Shown: piece after piece, positions 10,285-21,504 of the stretch
How the letters are laid out: the number at the start of each line of letters is the position of its first letter
Numbering within the stretch: the first letter of the stretch is position 1
From: Chthoniobacterales bacterium
GTDB lineage: Bacteria > Verrucomicrobiota > Verrucomicrobiia > Chthoniobacterales > Chthoniobacteraceae
DNA: 64,000 bases
Direction of reading: 5' to 3'
NCBI GenBank assembly: GCA_038207335.1
Contig: JBBQZX010000019.1
Location: forward strand, 48,681 to 112,680
The notes under the pieces: model-generated
Seen by the model: the letters and a program-made list of their open reading frames with translations, nothing else
What the model was told of the DNA's origin: nothing
Databases searched by the model: none
Position numbers and translations under genes: made by a program

Positions 10285-11139
10285 ATGGGCCGGATTTTCA
10301 TCGCGGGCTGTGGATTCGTCGGGCTCGAGGCAGCGCGGCTTTTCCAGGAGGCGGGATGGGAGGTGGTCGGTGGGACGCATTCCGCGGAGTCGGTGGCGCG
10401 GCTCGCGGGGGAGCCGTTTCCGGTCGTCGCGGCGGATATTTCGAATCGCGATGATGTCGCGCGAATCGAGAAGGGAAACGGGTTCGATGCTGTGGTGCAT
10501 TGCGCGAGCAGTGGTCGAGGCGGGGCGGATGCGTATCGCGCGGTATATCTCGAGGGGGTGCGAAATCTCGCGGAAATCCTCGCGCCGCCCGTCCTGCTTT
10601 TTACGAGCAGCACGTCGGTTTATGCGCAGACCGGCGGGGAATGGGTGACTGAAGAAAGCGCTGCCGAGCCAGGGCGTGAAACGGGACGTGTGCTGCGTGA
10701 AACGGAAACATTGGTGCTCGAAAGGGGTGGGGTTGTTGCGCGGTTGGGCGGAATTTACGGCCCTGCGCGCTCGGTGCTGTTGAGGAAGTTTTTCAACGGT
10801 GAGGCGGTGATCGAAGGCAAGGGGACGCGTTGGATCAATCAGGCGCATCGCGACGACATCGCGTCGGCGCTGCGGCGTCTCGTCGAGCGCGACCAGCGCG
10901 GCATTTTCAATGTCTGCGACGACGAACCGTTGCAGCAGTGCGCGCTTTATGAATGGCTTGCGCAACGCTTCGACCGCGGGCTTCCGCCGCGCGGCGAGGT
11001 CGATCCGAATCGCAAACGCGGCGTCACGAACAAACGCGTGAGCAATTCGAAATTGCGCGCGCTCGGCTGGCAGCCGCGGTTCCCGTCGTTCTGCGATGCG
11101 GTGGAAAACGATCCGCGGATACTTCCCGAGTTCGAGTGA
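10285..11139 (+). CDS. NAD-dependent epimerase/dehydratase family protein (YeeZ-like)
   Basis: GCGFVG Rossmann motif, FTSSTSVY, RLGGIYGP. Confidence 0.88.
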   Translation: MGRIFIAGCGFVGLEAARLFQEAGWEVVGGTHSAESVARLAGEPFPVVAADISNRDDVARIEKGNGFDAVVHCASSGRGGADAYRAVYLEGVRNLAEILAPPVLLFTSSTSVYAQTGGEWVTEESAAEPGRETGRVLRETETLVLERGGVVARLGGIYGPARSVLLRKFFNGEAVIEGKGTRWINQAHRDDIASALRRLVERDQRGIFNVCDDEPLQQCALYEWLAQRFDRGLPPRGEVDPNRKRGVTNKRVSNSKLRALGWQPRFPSFCDAVENDPRILPEFE

Positions 11140-11332
11140 GTGCAGATGCGATGTCGGGTCGGGCAATGGGTGCGGCCTTGGCAAAAGGTGAATTTTGTAG
11201 CTGGGATCGTTGATCCCGGCGAGGAGCCGTATCCGGGACTGGCCAGTCGCCGTGATCACCGATCCCTGCTACAACGGCGCGGTTGGCTCGCGTTCTACTT
11301 TCGTGGTTCAACTTCCTCCCACTTTTCCGCCC

Positions 11333-12952
11333 ATGAAACTCCGCTCTCTCCCCGCCGCTTTCGTTGTCGTTTTCTGCTTCTCCATTTCCTCCGCGCGGGC
11401 GCCCGAGAAGTGGGTGTATCTCGCCACGAATCTGCTCGTGGACAAAAATGTCGATGACGCGGAGACGCTTATGAAACGGGCTTCGGCGGCCGGTTACACG
11501 CATCTGCTGCTTCACGATTCGAAGTTCTCGCGGCTCGGGGAACTCGACGCGCGCTATTTTAAAAACATCGAGCGCATGAAGCGCATTTCGGCGGAGACGA
11601 GGATCGAAATCGTGCCGGCGGTTTTCTCGATCGGATATTCGAATGACTTGCTCAGCATCGACCCGAATCTAGTCGAAGGCTTGCCGGTGAAAAATCTGCC
11701 GATGATCGTGAAAGATGGCGTGGCGCACGTGGACGATCCTCAGCCGCCAAAACTGCCGGGAGGTGACTTTTCCGACCTGAAATACTGGAGCTGGAAAGAT
11801 CCGAACATCGTCGCGGAAAATGGCGCGGCGCGGCTGACGAACCCCGATGGCAAAAACGCGCGGATTGTGCAAAACCTCGAAGTAAAGCCGTTTCGGCAGT
11901 ATCACGTCTCGGTGCGCGTGAAGACGCAAGACTTTCACGGGAAGCCGGAGGTGAAGGCGCTCGCGGAGAAAAAGGGGCAGCTCAACTGGGAGGATCTCGG
12001 CGTGAAATCGACGCAGGACTGGACCGTGCATCACGCGGTTTTCAATTCGTTCGACACTCACGAGGTCGCCCTCTTTTTCGGCGTCTGGGGGGGGACGACG
12101 GGGTCGCTTTGGTGGGACGATGCGAAGATCGAAGAGGTGGCCTTTTCGAACCTGATACGCCGCGATGGAGCGCCGCTGACGGTGACGACGGCGGATGGGA
12201 AACCGCTCGTCGAGGGACGCGATTTTGAAAGGCTCGATGACCCGAAGATGGGTCAGCATCCTTGGCACGGCGAGTTCGACACGTTTCACGAACCACCGCT
12301 TTTGAAGACGAAATTGCCGGACGGAACGAAGCTGCTGGTGAGCTATTTTCACGCGGCGACGATATACGAACATCAGGCGTCGATCTGCCCAAGCGAGCCG
12401 AAGACGATGGACCTGCTACGCGATCAGGCGAAGCGAATGCACGCGGCTTGGGGCGCGAAGGGCTACATGATGTCGCACGATGAGGTGCGCGTATTGAATT
12501 GGGATAAGTCGTGCACGGATCGGCATCTGACGCCGGGCGAGATTTTGGCTGACAATGTGAAGCAGTGCTCGGGGATCCTGCGCGAGGTGAATCCGGGCGG
12601 GCGCGTTTACGTGTGGAGCGACATGTTCGATCCGAATCACAACGCTGTGAATGGGCCTTACTATTTAGTGAATGGCGACTTGCGCGGATCGTGGAAGGGG
12701 ATCGACGAGGATGTGATCGTGCTGCCGTGGTATTTTGAAAAGCGCGCGGAGAGTCTGAAATTTTTCGCGGAGCGCGGGAACAAGCAGGTCGTCGCGGGAT
12801 ACTACGACAGCAAGCCGGCGCGGGTGGCGGAGTGGCTGAGCGCGGCGAAGGCGGTGCCGGGGTCGGTGATCGGGGTGATGTACACGACGTGGCAGAACAA
12901 GTATGGGGACTTGGAGAAATTCAGCGCGGCGGTGGATGCGGCGGTGAAGTGA
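11333..12952 (+). CDS. Secreted putative glycoside hydrolase with an inserted carbohydrate-binding-like domain
   Basis: Signal peptide; MSHDEVR and VWSDMF resemble GH20-like TIM-barrel motifs; internal CBM-like segment (YHVSVRVKT...LWWDD). Confidence 0.55.
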   Translation: MKLRSLPAAFVVVFCFSISSARAPEKWVYLATNLLVDKNVDDAETLMKRASAAGYTHLLLHDSKFSRLGELDARYFKNIERMKRISAETRIEIVPAVFSIGYSNDLLSIDPNLVEGLPVKNLPMIVKDGVAHVDDPQPPKLPGGDFSDLKYWSWKDPNIVAENGAARLTNPDGKNARIVQNLEVKPFRQYHVSVRVKTQDFHGKPEVKALAEKKGQLNWEDLGVKSTQDWTVHHAVFNSFDTHEVALFFGVWGGTTGSLWWDDAKIEEVAFSNLIRRDGAPLTVTTADGKPLVEGRDFERLDDPKMGQHPWHGEFDTFHEPPLLKTKLPDGTKLLVSYFHAATIYEHQASICPSEPKTMDLLRDQAKRMHAAWGAKGYMMSHDEVRVLNWDKSCTDRHLTPGEILADNVKQCSGILREVNPGGRVYVWSDMFDPNHNAVNGPYYLVNGDLRGSWKGIDEDVIVLPWYFEKRAESLKFFAERGNKQVVAGYYDSKPARVAEWLSAAKAVPGSVIGVMYTTWQNKYGDLEKFSAAVDAAVK

Positions 12953-13034
12953 GGCGGTGGCGCACGGGTCCGGCGCATTGGTAGCGCGCCTGCGTTCTCG
13001 ACCTCGCACGGCGCTTCTGCTCAACTCGGCGCCC

Positions 13035-14399
13035 ATGCCATACACCACCTGCACCCCGCCCGACGGCGGCAAGATTTCCATCACGCGCGGCCAACTCAAT
13101 GTGCCCGCAAACCCTGTCGTTCCCTTCATCCGCGGTGATGGGACGGGGCCGGACATCTGGGCGGCGAGTGTTCGCGTTTTCGATGCGGCGGTGGAAAAGG
13201 CGTACGGCGGCGAGCGGAAAATCGCGTGGTTCGAGGTGTTCGCCGGCGAGGCTGCGAAGACCAAATTCGACAACTGGCTGCCGGATGACACGGTCGATGC
13301 GTTCAGGGAATATCTCGTCGGGATCAAGGGTCCGCTCACGACGCCGATCGGCGGCGGCATCCGCTCGCTGAATGTCGCGTTGCGGCAGCTGCTCGACCTC
13401 TACGTCTGTCTGCGGCCGGTGCAGTATTTCAAAGGCGTTCCGTCGCCGGTGAAGCGCCCGGAACTCGTGGACATGGTGATTTTTCGCGAAAACACGGAGG
13501 ACATTTACGCTGGGATCGAGTTCGCCGGAGGCACGCCGGAGTCGGCGAAAATGCTCGCGTTCTTGGAGGAAAACTTCCCGAAGGATTTCGCGAAGATCCG
13601 CTTCGGCACAAGTGCGGCGGTCGTTGATTACATGAAGCAGGCGGCGCCGGAGCATACGATGGAGAATTACCCGCCGACGGTCGGCATCGGCATTAAACCG
13701 GTGTCGCAAGTCGGCACGATCCGGCTCATCAAGGCGGCGATCCAGTACGCGCTTGATCAGGGCCGCAAGTCGGTGACAATCGTCCACAAGGGGAACATCA
13801 TGAAGTACACCGAGGGGGCGTTTCGCGACTGGGGATACGCGGCGGCGGAGCGGATTTTCGGGGACAAAGTTTATACTTGGGCGCAGTGGGAGCGGACGAA
13901 AAAGGAGAAGGGCGAGCCTGCCGCGAACGACGAGCAGAAGGCCGCGCTCGCCGCCGGACGCGTGCTGCTGAAGGACTCGATCGCGGACATCACGCTCCAG
14001 CAGGTGCTCACGCGTCCGACCGATTTCGAGGTGATCGCGACGTTGAATTTGAACGGAGATTACCTCTCCGACGCGCTCGCCGCGCAGGTTGGCGGCATTG
14101 GCATCGCGCCGGGCGGAAATATTAACTACGTGACCGGCCACGCGATCTTCGAGGCCACGCACGGTACAGCGCCGAAATATGCCAACAAAGACGTGGTGAA
14201 TCCCGGATCCGTCGTGCTTAGCGGCGAGATGATGCTGCGGTACACGGGCTGGAATGAGGCCGCGGACTTGATCTTAAAGGGCCTCAATGGTGCGATCGGC
14301 AGCAAGCGCGTGACGTATGATTTTGCGCGGCAGATGGACGGCGCGACCGAGATCAAATGCTCGGAATTCGGCGACAACATCATCGCGCACATGGCGTGA
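13035..14399 (+). CDS. icd: NADP-dependent isocitrate dehydrogenase
   Basis: [51 protein letters not shown]. Confidence 0.98.
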   Translation: MPYTTCTPPDGGKISITRGQLNVPANPVVPFIRGDGTGPDIWAASVRVFDAAVEKAYGGERKIAWFEVFAGEAAKTKFDNWLPDDTVDAFREYLVGIKGPLTTPIGGGIRSLNVALRQLLDLYVCLRPVQYFKGVPSPVKRPELVDMVIFRENTEDIYAGIEFAGGTPESAKMLAFLEENFPKDFAKIRFGTSAAVVDYMKQAAPEHTMENYPPTVGIGIKPVSQVGTIRLIKAAIQYALDQGRKSVTIVHKGNIMKYTEGAFRDWGYAAAERIFGDKVYTWAQWERTKKEKGEPAANDEQKAALAAGRVLLKDSIADITLQQVLTRPTDFEVIATLNLNGDYLSDALAAQVGGIGIAPGGNINYVTGHAIFEATHGTAPKYANKDVVNPGSVVLSGEMMLRYTGWNEAADLILKGLNGAIGSKRVTYDFARQMDGATEIKCSEFGDNIIAHMA

Positions 14400-14442
14400 A
14401 CGAGGGGCGTGCTGTAGAGTTTGCGGCGCCACGAGATTGAGT

Positions 14443-15894
14443 ATGGATCCATTAGAGCACGACGACCCTTTCCTTAAAGTGGAGGAGTCTCTCGTGGCAT
14501 TCCGAAAAGGAGCGAATTACCCAACGCCGTGGCAGAGGAAGACGATGTGGACGTCGCTCGCGACGCTTGCGGTTGTGGCGATTGGCGCGGTGGCGGTTGG
14601 GCTGATTTGGCTGACTTCGCATGTGTTAGGATTTCTCCAGCCGATCCTCATCCCGTTCGCAGTCGCGGCGGTGATGGCGTACTTGCTCGAGCCGGTCGTT
14701 GAGCGACTGGTAAAGTGGGGTGCATCACGGAGCCGCGCGGTTCTCTACGTGTTTGCGGTCGTTTCGATCGCGTTCGCGGGCGTCCTGCTGTGGGTCATTC
14801 CGACCGTCTCCGCCGAGGCTGTGCAGCTCGCGCGAAAGTTCCCGGGGCTCACACAGGACGCGCAGCGGATGGTCACGAAATTTGCGAACGAGATTCGGCA
14901 AAAATACAACGTCCAAATCCTGCCAGATTTCCCGCCACCTGAGTCCGCACCGGCGGTTGCGGGGACTTCCGAATCACCCGCGCCCGCGCCAGCGGCTCCG
15001 CAACCCTCTTCGGCACAGGGAACGGCGGCGGCAGAGCCTACGGTTACGCCGGCAAAAGTCACGGCTGCTACGGATTTGGAGCAGCCGTTCGATTACCAGC
15101 AGTTCCTCTCTGGCGACTGGCTTCGCACCGCGCTGCCGACGGTGATCGCGAAACTCTGGAGTTTCATCCGCGGCAGTGTCGGCGGATTTCTCGGCGTCTT
15201 CGGATTCCTGCTGAGCATGGTGATCGTACCGATCTATCTTTTCTATTTTCTCATCGAGAGTCGGAACATCCAGGAATCGTGGGACGACTATCTGCCGTTG
15301 CGCGCGTCGCATTTCAAAGATGAGGTGGTCGAGACGCTCGAGGAGATCAACGGATACCTCATCGCGTTCTTCCGCGGGCAGCTCGTCGTCAGCATGATCA
15401 ATGGCACCGTCACCGGCATTTGCCTTGCGGTCGTAGGACTCGATTTCGGCATTCTCATCGGCCTCATGCTCTGCTTCCTCGGCATCATCCCGTATCTCGG
15501 CATTGCGCTTTGCTGGATTCCGGCAGTTGCGATTGCGGCGCTGCACGGCGGGAGTTGGCTGGTGCCGGCGACGCCCTGGTGGGCGTTTCCGCTTGTGGTG
15601 ACGGGCATCTTCACGGCGGTGCAGCAAATAGACGGGCTTTTTGTGACTCCGAAAATCGTCGGTGAATCAGTCGGATTGCATCCGGTTACGGTGATTTTTT
15701 CCGTATTCATCTGGAGCTTGCTCATGGGCGGTTTGCTCGGCGCAATTCTCGCAGTGCCGATGACGGCGACAATCAAAGTGGTGCTGCGTCGCTACGTCTG
15801 GCAGCGGCGATTTATGAATTCGCCGGTTCTCGCAACGGATGAGAGCGACGTGATCCAGCAGGCGCAGCTCCCATCTGTCGAAACCGGGAAATGA
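14443..15894 (+). CDS. AI-2E family transporter
   Basis: Multi-TM; FFRGQL, IPYLG, PKIVGESVGLHP, GAILAVP. Confidence 0.9.
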   Translation: MDPLEHDDPFLKVEESLVAFRKGANYPTPWQRKTMWTSLATLAVVAIGAVAVGLIWLTSHVLGFLQPILIPFAVAAVMAYLLEPVVERLVKWGASRSRAVLYVFAVVSIAFAGVLLWVIPTVSAEAVQLARKFPGLTQDAQRMVTKFANEIRQKYNVQILPDFPPPESAPAVAGTSESPAPAPAAPQPSSAQGTAAAEPTVTPAKVTAATDLEQPFDYQQFLSGDWLRTALPTVIAKLWSFIRGSVGGFLGVFGFLLSMVIVPIYLFYFLIESRNIQESWDDYLPLRASHFKDEVVETLEEINGYLIAFFRGQLVVSMINGTVTGICLAVVGLDFGILIGLMLCFLGIIPYLGIALCWIPAVAIAALHGGSWLVPATPWWAFPLVVTGIFTAVQQIDGLFVTPKIVGESVGLHPVTVIFSVFIWSLLMGGLLGAILAVPMTATIKVVLRRYVWQRRFMNSPVLATDESDVIQQAQLPSVETGK

Positions 15895-16265
15895 GCCCAA
15901 ACGCGCCGCGCGTCGTCGTCAAAAATACCACGTTTCGCGATGCTGTAGTCGCCGGGGTCGCTGGGTTCCTGGTGCTCGCGTTTTTGATCTACGGCATCGT
16001 GCATTTCGCCTCGGAGTCGAGCCGTGCAAAGGCGAATACCCTGACCGGAGTCGTCAGAGAAAAGCAGTTCACGCCGGCGCCGCAGGAGGAGATTACGTTT
16101 GGGAAAAAGGGGCTCAAGACGAAGGCGATCGACGGGGAATATCTGCTGAAAGTGCAGGTCGAAGGAGAGCCGCGACTTTACGAAGTGCCGGTGGAGAAAT
16201 CGACCTATGAAAGCAAGACGGTCGGCGACACCGTCAGTTTCATTCGTCCCCCGAGCGAGCAGTAG
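15891..16265 (+). CDS. Hypothetical single-TM membrane protein
   Basis: ATGA-coupled to the upstream gene; one N-terminal TM helix followed by a beta-rich domain. Confidence 0.7.
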   Translation: MSPNAPRVVVKNTTFRDAVVAGVAGFLVLAFLIYGIVHFASESSRAKANTLTGVVREKQFTPAPQEEITFGKKGLKTKAIDGEYLLKVQVEGEPRLYEVPVEKSTYESKTVGDTVSFIRPPSEQ

Positions 16266-16941
16266 CGTTGCGGTGCTTCTCGGCGGCGCGGATCAGGAAG
16301 ACGATCTCGCCTTTCACAGTCCGCGCTGCGTAATGCGTGAGCACGTCTGCAGCGAGACCGATGCGATATTCCTCGTAGGTTTTCGTCAACTCACGGGCGA
16401 CGCAGACAAGGCGGTCGGGCAGGTGACTGGAGCAGACTTCGAGCGTTTTCACGAGGCGGTATGGCGACTCGAAAAAAATCGACGTTTCCGCACGATCGCG
16501 TGCGGCGAGGAGCACGCGTTCGCGCTGCCCGCTCTTCGTCGGGAGAAACCCTCCGAAGTAAAACTCCTCCGCGGGAAATCCCGAGCCGATAAGCGCGGTG
16601 AGCACGGCGGAGGGGCCGGGCAAAATCGTGTAAGAGATGCCGCGTTCGATACATGCGCGCAGCAGGCGATGGCCGGGATCCGACACGCCGGGCATCCCGG
16701 CGTCCGTGATAAGCGCGACCTTTTCACCGGATTCGAGACGCACGAGAAGCTCCTCGGTTCGCCGCGCCTCATTGTGCGCGTGATAGCTCACCAACGGCTT
16801 TCGGATTTCGAAATGCCGAAGCAAATTTCCCGAGTGGCGCGTGTCCTCCGCCGCGATGATATCCGCGGCTTTGAGCGTCTCCAGCGCACGCAGCGTGATA
16901 TCGCCCAGATTACCGATCGGCGTGGCGATGAGGGAGAGCAT
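16240..16941 (-). CDS. rsmI: 16S rRNA (cytidine1402-2'-O)-methyltransferase
   Basis: ATPIGNLGDITLRA, AEDTRH, DAGMPGVSDPG, FESPYR, ARELTK. Confidence 0.96.
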   Translation of the reverse strand: MLSLIATPIGNLGDITLRALETLKAADIIAAEDTRHSGNLLRHFEIRKPLVSYHAHNEARRTEELLVRLESGEKVALITDAGMPGVSDPGHRLLRACIERGISYTILPGPSAVLTALIGSGFPAEEFYFGGFLPTKSGQRERVLLAARDRAETSIFFESPYRLVKTLEVCSSHLPDRLVCVARELTKTYEEYRIGLAADVLTHYAARTVKGEIVFLIRAAEKHRNATARSGDE

Positions 16942-17010
16942 CCTCTGATTCGAGAGCGCGAAAATCCGATCTCTCAACTCGCAGCTAAGAACTCTCGACT
17001 TCCGCAGCGC

Positions 17011-17541
17011 TCACCAGCCCTCGCTGATCAAGCTCGTGAGGCGGACGGCCATTTCCTTTGCCGCGAGCGGGATCGCCTGGCGCTCATCCTGATTCACATC
17101 CGCCGCAAGAGTGCTGCTGCCGTTTACAAAAAAATTGGTCGTGCCCGTGACGTTCCGATGATCGATCTCCGCGCCCGTGCGCGTGTCTTTCACCGAATAG
17201 ATGACACGCATGGTGAGCGTGTATTCACGGCTCTGCAGTGTATTGCCGCGGACGCTGCGAGAGGAGCGCCGCACGATGGAGTCGAGCGTGCATTCGAGGA
17301 TCGCGTCGGCGTGCTTTTCATCGGTCACGGTGTAAGTGCCGTCCTGCTGGATTTGCTTGATGACGGCATTCGCGAGTTCCACCTCGACCCGCGGGAAGAG
17401 TGTGTCGTTCTTAAATGACGGCACGGCGATCGTGGTGATGTTTTTGTACGGCTTCGGCTTGATCGGGCCGATTTGGTAACCGGCGCAGCCCGCGAGAGTC
17501 GCGAGTGTCACCACGAGGGGGAGGAGGCGGAGAAGTCGCAT
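17011..17541 (-). CDS. lptE: LPS assembly lipoprotein LptE family
   Basis: Lipobox LAGC followed by GY; IAVPSFKN; next to a BamD-like gene. Confidence 0.7.
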   Translation of the reverse strand: MRLLRLLPLVVTLATLAGCAGYQIGPIKPKPYKNITTIAVPSFKNDTLFPRVEVELANAVIKQIQQDGTYTVTDEKHADAILECTLDSIVRRSSRSVRGNTLQSREYTLTMRVIYSVKDTRTGAEIDHRNVTGTTNFFVNGSSTLAADVNQDERQAIPLAAKEMAVRLTSLISEGW

Positions 17542-17544
17542 CGG

Positions 17545-18759
17545 TCAAGGAGCTTTCGGAAGCGTGGCGTCGGCAGGCAATGCCTCGGGAAGCGGCGGTT
17601 CGACCGGTGTAATGTCGCCTGGCGAAGTGCGAAGCCGCGGGCGGTTCGAAGGCGCGACCTCATCGGGCATCGGCGCCACTGCGACGGGCGGGCCGGCGTA
17701 GTCGGGACGCGAGACGGTATTCACTTTTGCCTGCAGCTTCCGGCGGCTTGCGGCGCGGGCACCTGTCTCCGCGCGCTCGGGGCCGGCACGCAGCGCGTCT
17801 TCGCCGAATTTTTCTTTCAGTTCCGCGATGCGCGTTTTTGCAAATGTGCTTTCCGCCGTGTCGGGCTGTGACTTGATCACATCGTTGTAGTAAATGACGG
17901 CGGCTTTGTGGTTGCCGGTCTTGTCGTAAAATTTCGCGACATCAAGCGTGCCCTGCGCGGAGCCGGTCTCGAGCGTCTTCAGGTTTTCCCGGGCCTGCGG
18001 CACCTTTTCGCTTTCGGGATACCGCGCGATGAAATCATCGAACGACTCGCGCGCTTTTGCCGCCGAAGCCTGATCGTAGGAGCCTTCGCGGTATTCTTTG
18101 AGCCGCACGTATCCGACTTGGTAGAGCGCGTCGTCTGCGATCGCATCGGTCGGGTATCGCGTGACGACAGCCTGATACGCAGCGATGGCCTCTGGGAGTT
18201 TGCCCTGCTTTTCGAGCGCCTGTCCGATGTTGAACTGCGCGATCGGCGCCCATCGGCTGAAGGGGGCTTTTTTCACGATCGACTCGAACATCTCTTGTGC
18301 ACGGCTCATCGACGGCGCGACCGGGACACCGAAAAGTTTCTTCTTTTGCCCATCCAAAAACAGCTTTCCGATCTTGAACATCGACTCGACGACCGGCTCG
18401 AAATCCTCGCCCTTCGGATACTTCGAGAGATACGTGTCGTAGGCCGTGAACGCCTTGTCGTAGCTGCCCGAGCGTTCCAGCAGCGCGCCGATTTTGCGTT
18501 GCGCCTTCGGGGCGAGCAGCGAGAGGCCGTAGCGTTTGACGAGCCCGCGATAAGCATTGAGGGCGGAGTTGATGTCGCCCGCGGCCTCGAGTTCTTCTCC
18601 CTTTCTCATCTGCTCCGCCGCGCTCCCTTCGATCTTGCTGCTGGCATCGCCCTCCACGCTCCAGCCTTCATTGGAGCGGTAGATGAGGGCGGCATTCCCC
18701 GCGCCGGGAATCGCCACGATGAGCGCGGAGAGTGTGGTGAAAAGGGCGAGTTTTCGCAT
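17545..18759 (-). CDS. bamD: Outer membrane protein assembly factor BamD-like TPR protein
   Basis: Signal peptide, TPR helices, 'FIARYPES', 'AKFY...AAVIYY'. Confidence 0.7.
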   Translation of the reverse strand: MRKLALFTTLSALIVAIPGAGNAALIYRSNEGWSVEGDASSKIEGSAAEQMRKGEELEAAGDINSALNAYRGLVKRYGLSLLAPKAQRKIGALLERSGSYDKAFTAYDTYLSKYPKGEDFEPVVESMFKIGKLFLDGQKKKLFGVPVAPSMSRAQEMFESIVKKAPFSRWAPIAQFNIGQALEKQGKLPEAIAAYQAVVTRYPTDAIADDALYQVGYVRLKEYREGSYDQASAAKARESFDDFIARYPESEKVPQARENLKTLETGSAQGTLDVAKFYDKTGNHKAAVIYYNDVIKSQPDTAESTFAKTRIAELKEKFGEDALRAGPERAETGARAASRRKLQAKVNTVSRPDYAGPPVAVAPMPDEVAPSNRPRLRTSPGDITPVEPPLPEALPADATLPKAP

Positions 18760-18861
18760 GAGGGCGCGGACCGTAGCGGCGAGGGCGGGGAGCGTCAAGG
18801 TGAGGGGAGGGGGCAAGCGGATACTGTCGAGACTGAATCCTGAAAACTGTAGGGTGAATTC

Positions 18862-19764
18862 ATGGACGTGTATTCACCGCAGACGCCAGCCGATGATCCT
18901 GCTGCGCGCAAGGTCCACTTCGGCACTTGCGCGTGGAGTTTTGATGACTGGCGCGGCGTCTTTTACCCGGTGCATCTCGCGGCGGGCGATCGTCTGGAAT
19001 TTTACGCGCGGTTTTTGGATTCGGTGGAAATCGACTCAACGTTTTATGCGCCGCCGAAAATCACATCGGTTCGCCACTGGCTCGATGCCACGCCGGACGG
19101 CTTTCTTTTCGCCGCGAAGATGACGCGCGAGATCACGCACGACAGGAAGCTGCGCGATTGCGCGGATGTTTTGCCGGCCTTTCTCGCGAGCCTAGCGCCT
19201 TTGCGCGCAAAGCTGGCGTGCGTGCTGGTGCAGTTGCCGCCATTTTTCACAGCGCAGCATGGTGAACACGCTCTGCGCGAATTTGTGCGCGCCCTGCCTC
19301 AGGATTTCCGTTTCGCGATCGAATTCCGCGACGAAAGCTGGCATCATCCTCGCATCGCGCACTTGCTGGAAGAGAACCGCGTTTGCTGGGTCTGGAACGA
19401 CTTGACGCCGATCACGCAAGCACGGCAGGGCGCGTTCGATTACTGGCCGCGGACGACCGACTTTCTTTACGTGCGCCTGCTCGGCGACCAGCAGACGAAG
19501 TACGGCGGCGACGGCAGCCGTCTGCACAAATATCGCGGCTTGGTGTGGCCGCGGGATGCGTCACTCGACTCATGGAGGGCGCGCGTCAGCGAGAGTCTGG
19601 CCGATGTCAGCCGCGCATTGATCATGACCAATAACCACTTCGAGGGATTCTCACCGCACACCTGCCAGCGGATCGCCGAGCGGTTTGGCGTGGCCATCCA
19701 TCTGCCGTCGGTGGAGGAACGCGCCGGAAGCGACTCCGACGCGGGCCAGATCGAATTGCTGTAG
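18862..19764 (+). CDS. DUF72 domain protein
   Basis: GTCAW, VEIDSTFY, ITH, QLPP, EFRDESW, YVRLLG, NNHFEG. Confidence 0.9.
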   Translation: MDVYSPQTPADDPAARKVHFGTCAWSFDDWRGVFYPVHLAAGDRLEFYARFLDSVEIDSTFYAPPKITSVRHWLDATPDGFLFAAKMTREITHDRKLRDCADVLPAFLASLAPLRAKLACVLVQLPPFFTAQHGEHALREFVRALPQDFRFAIEFRDESWHHPRIAHLLEENRVCWVWNDLTPITQARQGAFDYWPRTTDFLYVRLLGDQQTKYGGDGSRLHKYRGLVWPRDASLDSWRARVSESLADVSRALIMTNNHFEGFSPHTCQRIAERFGVAIHLPSVEERAGSDSDAGQIELL

Positions 19765-19770
19765 CCCGCA

Positions 19771-20433
19771 TCACGCCTTGATTACACCGTTTCGGATGGC
19801 GTAGCGGACGAGGTCGGCGATCGAATTCAATTCCAGTTTTCGCATGATCCGCGCGCGGTGAGTCTCCGCGGTTTTGACGCTAATTTTCAGCTGCGCCGAC
19901 ACGTCCCTGTTGCTTTTGCCTTCGGCCAAAAGCTGCAGGGTTTCACGCTCCCGAGGTGTCAGTTCATTCGATGCCCGCCTGCGGATATTTGGGCCGCGCA
20001 GCTTGCGGATGTAGTGCTGATGAGCCGTGCGGGCCGTACGCGAGGTGAAGAAAGTGCGGTGCACACGCAGTGCCTCGAGCGCGGAGACGAGATCTTCTCC
20101 CGCATCGGATTTTAGCATGTACCCGCTCGCTCCGGCCGCGAGCACCTCCAGCACGAACTGCTCAGACTCATGGACCGACAGCACGAGCACCTCGGCGTGA
20201 GGCAGTTTCTCAAGCACGAGTCGCGTGGCCTCGAAACCGTTGAGTTCGGGCATTTCGATATCCATCACCACGATGTCCGGTTTAAGCCGATCCGCGCGCT
20301 CGATCGCCTCGCGGCCATCGGAGGCCTCGCCGACCACGACGAAATCCTCGCGCATTTCCAAAATTGCGCGGAGACCCCGGCGGACGACTTCGTGGTCATC
20401 GACGAGCAGGATTCGAGTTTTGTATCCGTTCAT
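19771..20433 (-). CDS. NarL/LuxR-family response regulator
   Basis: VDDHEVVR receiver domain; LTPRERE...KTAETHR HTH. Confidence 0.95.
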   Translation of the reverse strand: MNGYKTRILLVDDHEVVRRGLRAILEMREDFVVVGEASDGREAIERADRLKPDIVVMDIEMPELNGFEATRLVLEKLPHAEVLVLSVHESEQFVLEVLAAGASGYMLKSDAGEDLVSALEALRVHRTFFTSRTARTAHQHYIRKLRGPNIRRRASNELTPRERETLQLLAEGKSNRDVSAQLKISVKTAETHRARIMRKLELNSIADLVRYAIRNGVIKA

Positions 20434-21491
20434 AAATTCATGGGAAGAACGACCGCCACGGTCGTGCCGGATGAATCGCCCTCGATGGAGAATCTTCCAT
20501 CCAGTTCGAGCACACGCTCCCTCATTCCGATAATGCCGAAGCCTTCGCTCTTGGTGGCAGGGAGCCCGGCACCCCGGTCCCGCACGGAAAGCGTGATCCA
20601 GCCTTTATTTGCGGCGACCTCGATGTCGGCTCTAGCGCTGCCGGAGTGCTCGTGAATATTTTCGAGCGCTTCCTGAACGATGCGAAAGATCGCAGTTTCG
20701 AGTGAGCGTGTGAGCCGCCCAATCGTGGGATCGACCGCGAGCGCGGCGACGATTCCGGTGCGCTGCTGAACACTCTCGACGAGCCAGTGCAGCGCCGCCG
20801 AGATGCCGCGCTCATCAAGCAAAGCTGGATGCAGCAGGTAAGATTGCGTGCGGATTTCGCGCACCATCGTCTGTGTCAGCGTGAGGCTTTCGGAGAGCAG
20901 CGCCGCGCGCTTCTCCGGCGGCAGTGCCGGGCTTTTGAGATTCAGAACGCTCAGATTCATCGCGAGTGCGGCGAGTGTCTGAGCTGTGGAATCGTGTAGC
21001 GCTCGCGCCATGCGGCGACGCTCGTCGTCTTGCAAGTGAAGCAACCGGTGGGTGAGCGCGCGCAGTTGTTGCTCGCTCTGCTTTGCCATCGAGATGTCGC
21101 GGACAATCGCGGATGTCCCGACCAACCCGCCTGCCGGGTCGTGCAGGGGGAAGACCGAAAGGCTTACGTCGAGCACATCGCCGGATTTTGTCATACGGCG
21201 CGTCTCGTGGTGATGCACGCGCTCGCCTCGGCGCACGCGCGCCTTGATCTCGCGCGACTCGTCGTGCCGGTCGTCCGGAGTCACGAGCAGCGTGGTCTTT
21301 CCGCACATTTCGGAAGCGCTGAATCCGAACATTTTTTCCGCCCCCCAATTCCATCCGACTACGTTGCCGTCGGGAGTGGACGTAATGATCGCGTCGTCGA
21401 AAGCCTCCACGATCATTCCCATTTGCTCGAACGCGAGTGCGCCCAGCGTACAATCGTTCGCTCTTGTGGGGGCAATCCTTCCGCGTTCCAT
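20430..21491 (-). CDS. PAS-domain sensor histidine kinase (HisKA_3 type)
   Basis: PAS (WNWGAEKMFG), ERRRMARALHDS, QEALEN, D-x-G-x-G; start uncertain. Confidence 0.9.
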   Translation of the reverse strand: MERGRIAPTRANDCTLGALAFEQMGMIVEAFDDAIITSTPDGNVVGWNWGAEKMFGFSASEMCGKTTLLVTPDDRHDESREIKARVRRGERVHHHETRRMTKSGDVLDVSLSVFPLHDPAGGLVGTSAIVRDISMAKQSEQQLRALTHRLLHLQDDERRRMARALHDSTAQTLAALAMNLSVLNLKSPALPPEKRAALLSESLTLTQTMVREIRTQSYLLHPALLDERGISAALHWLVESVQQRTGIVAALAVDPTIGRLTRSLETAIFRIVQEALENIHEHSGSARADIEVAANKGWITLSVRDRGAGLPATKSEGFGIIGMRERVLELDGRFSIEGDSSGTTVAVVLPMNL

Positions 21492-21504
21492 GGGGGGCGG
21501 GGAG

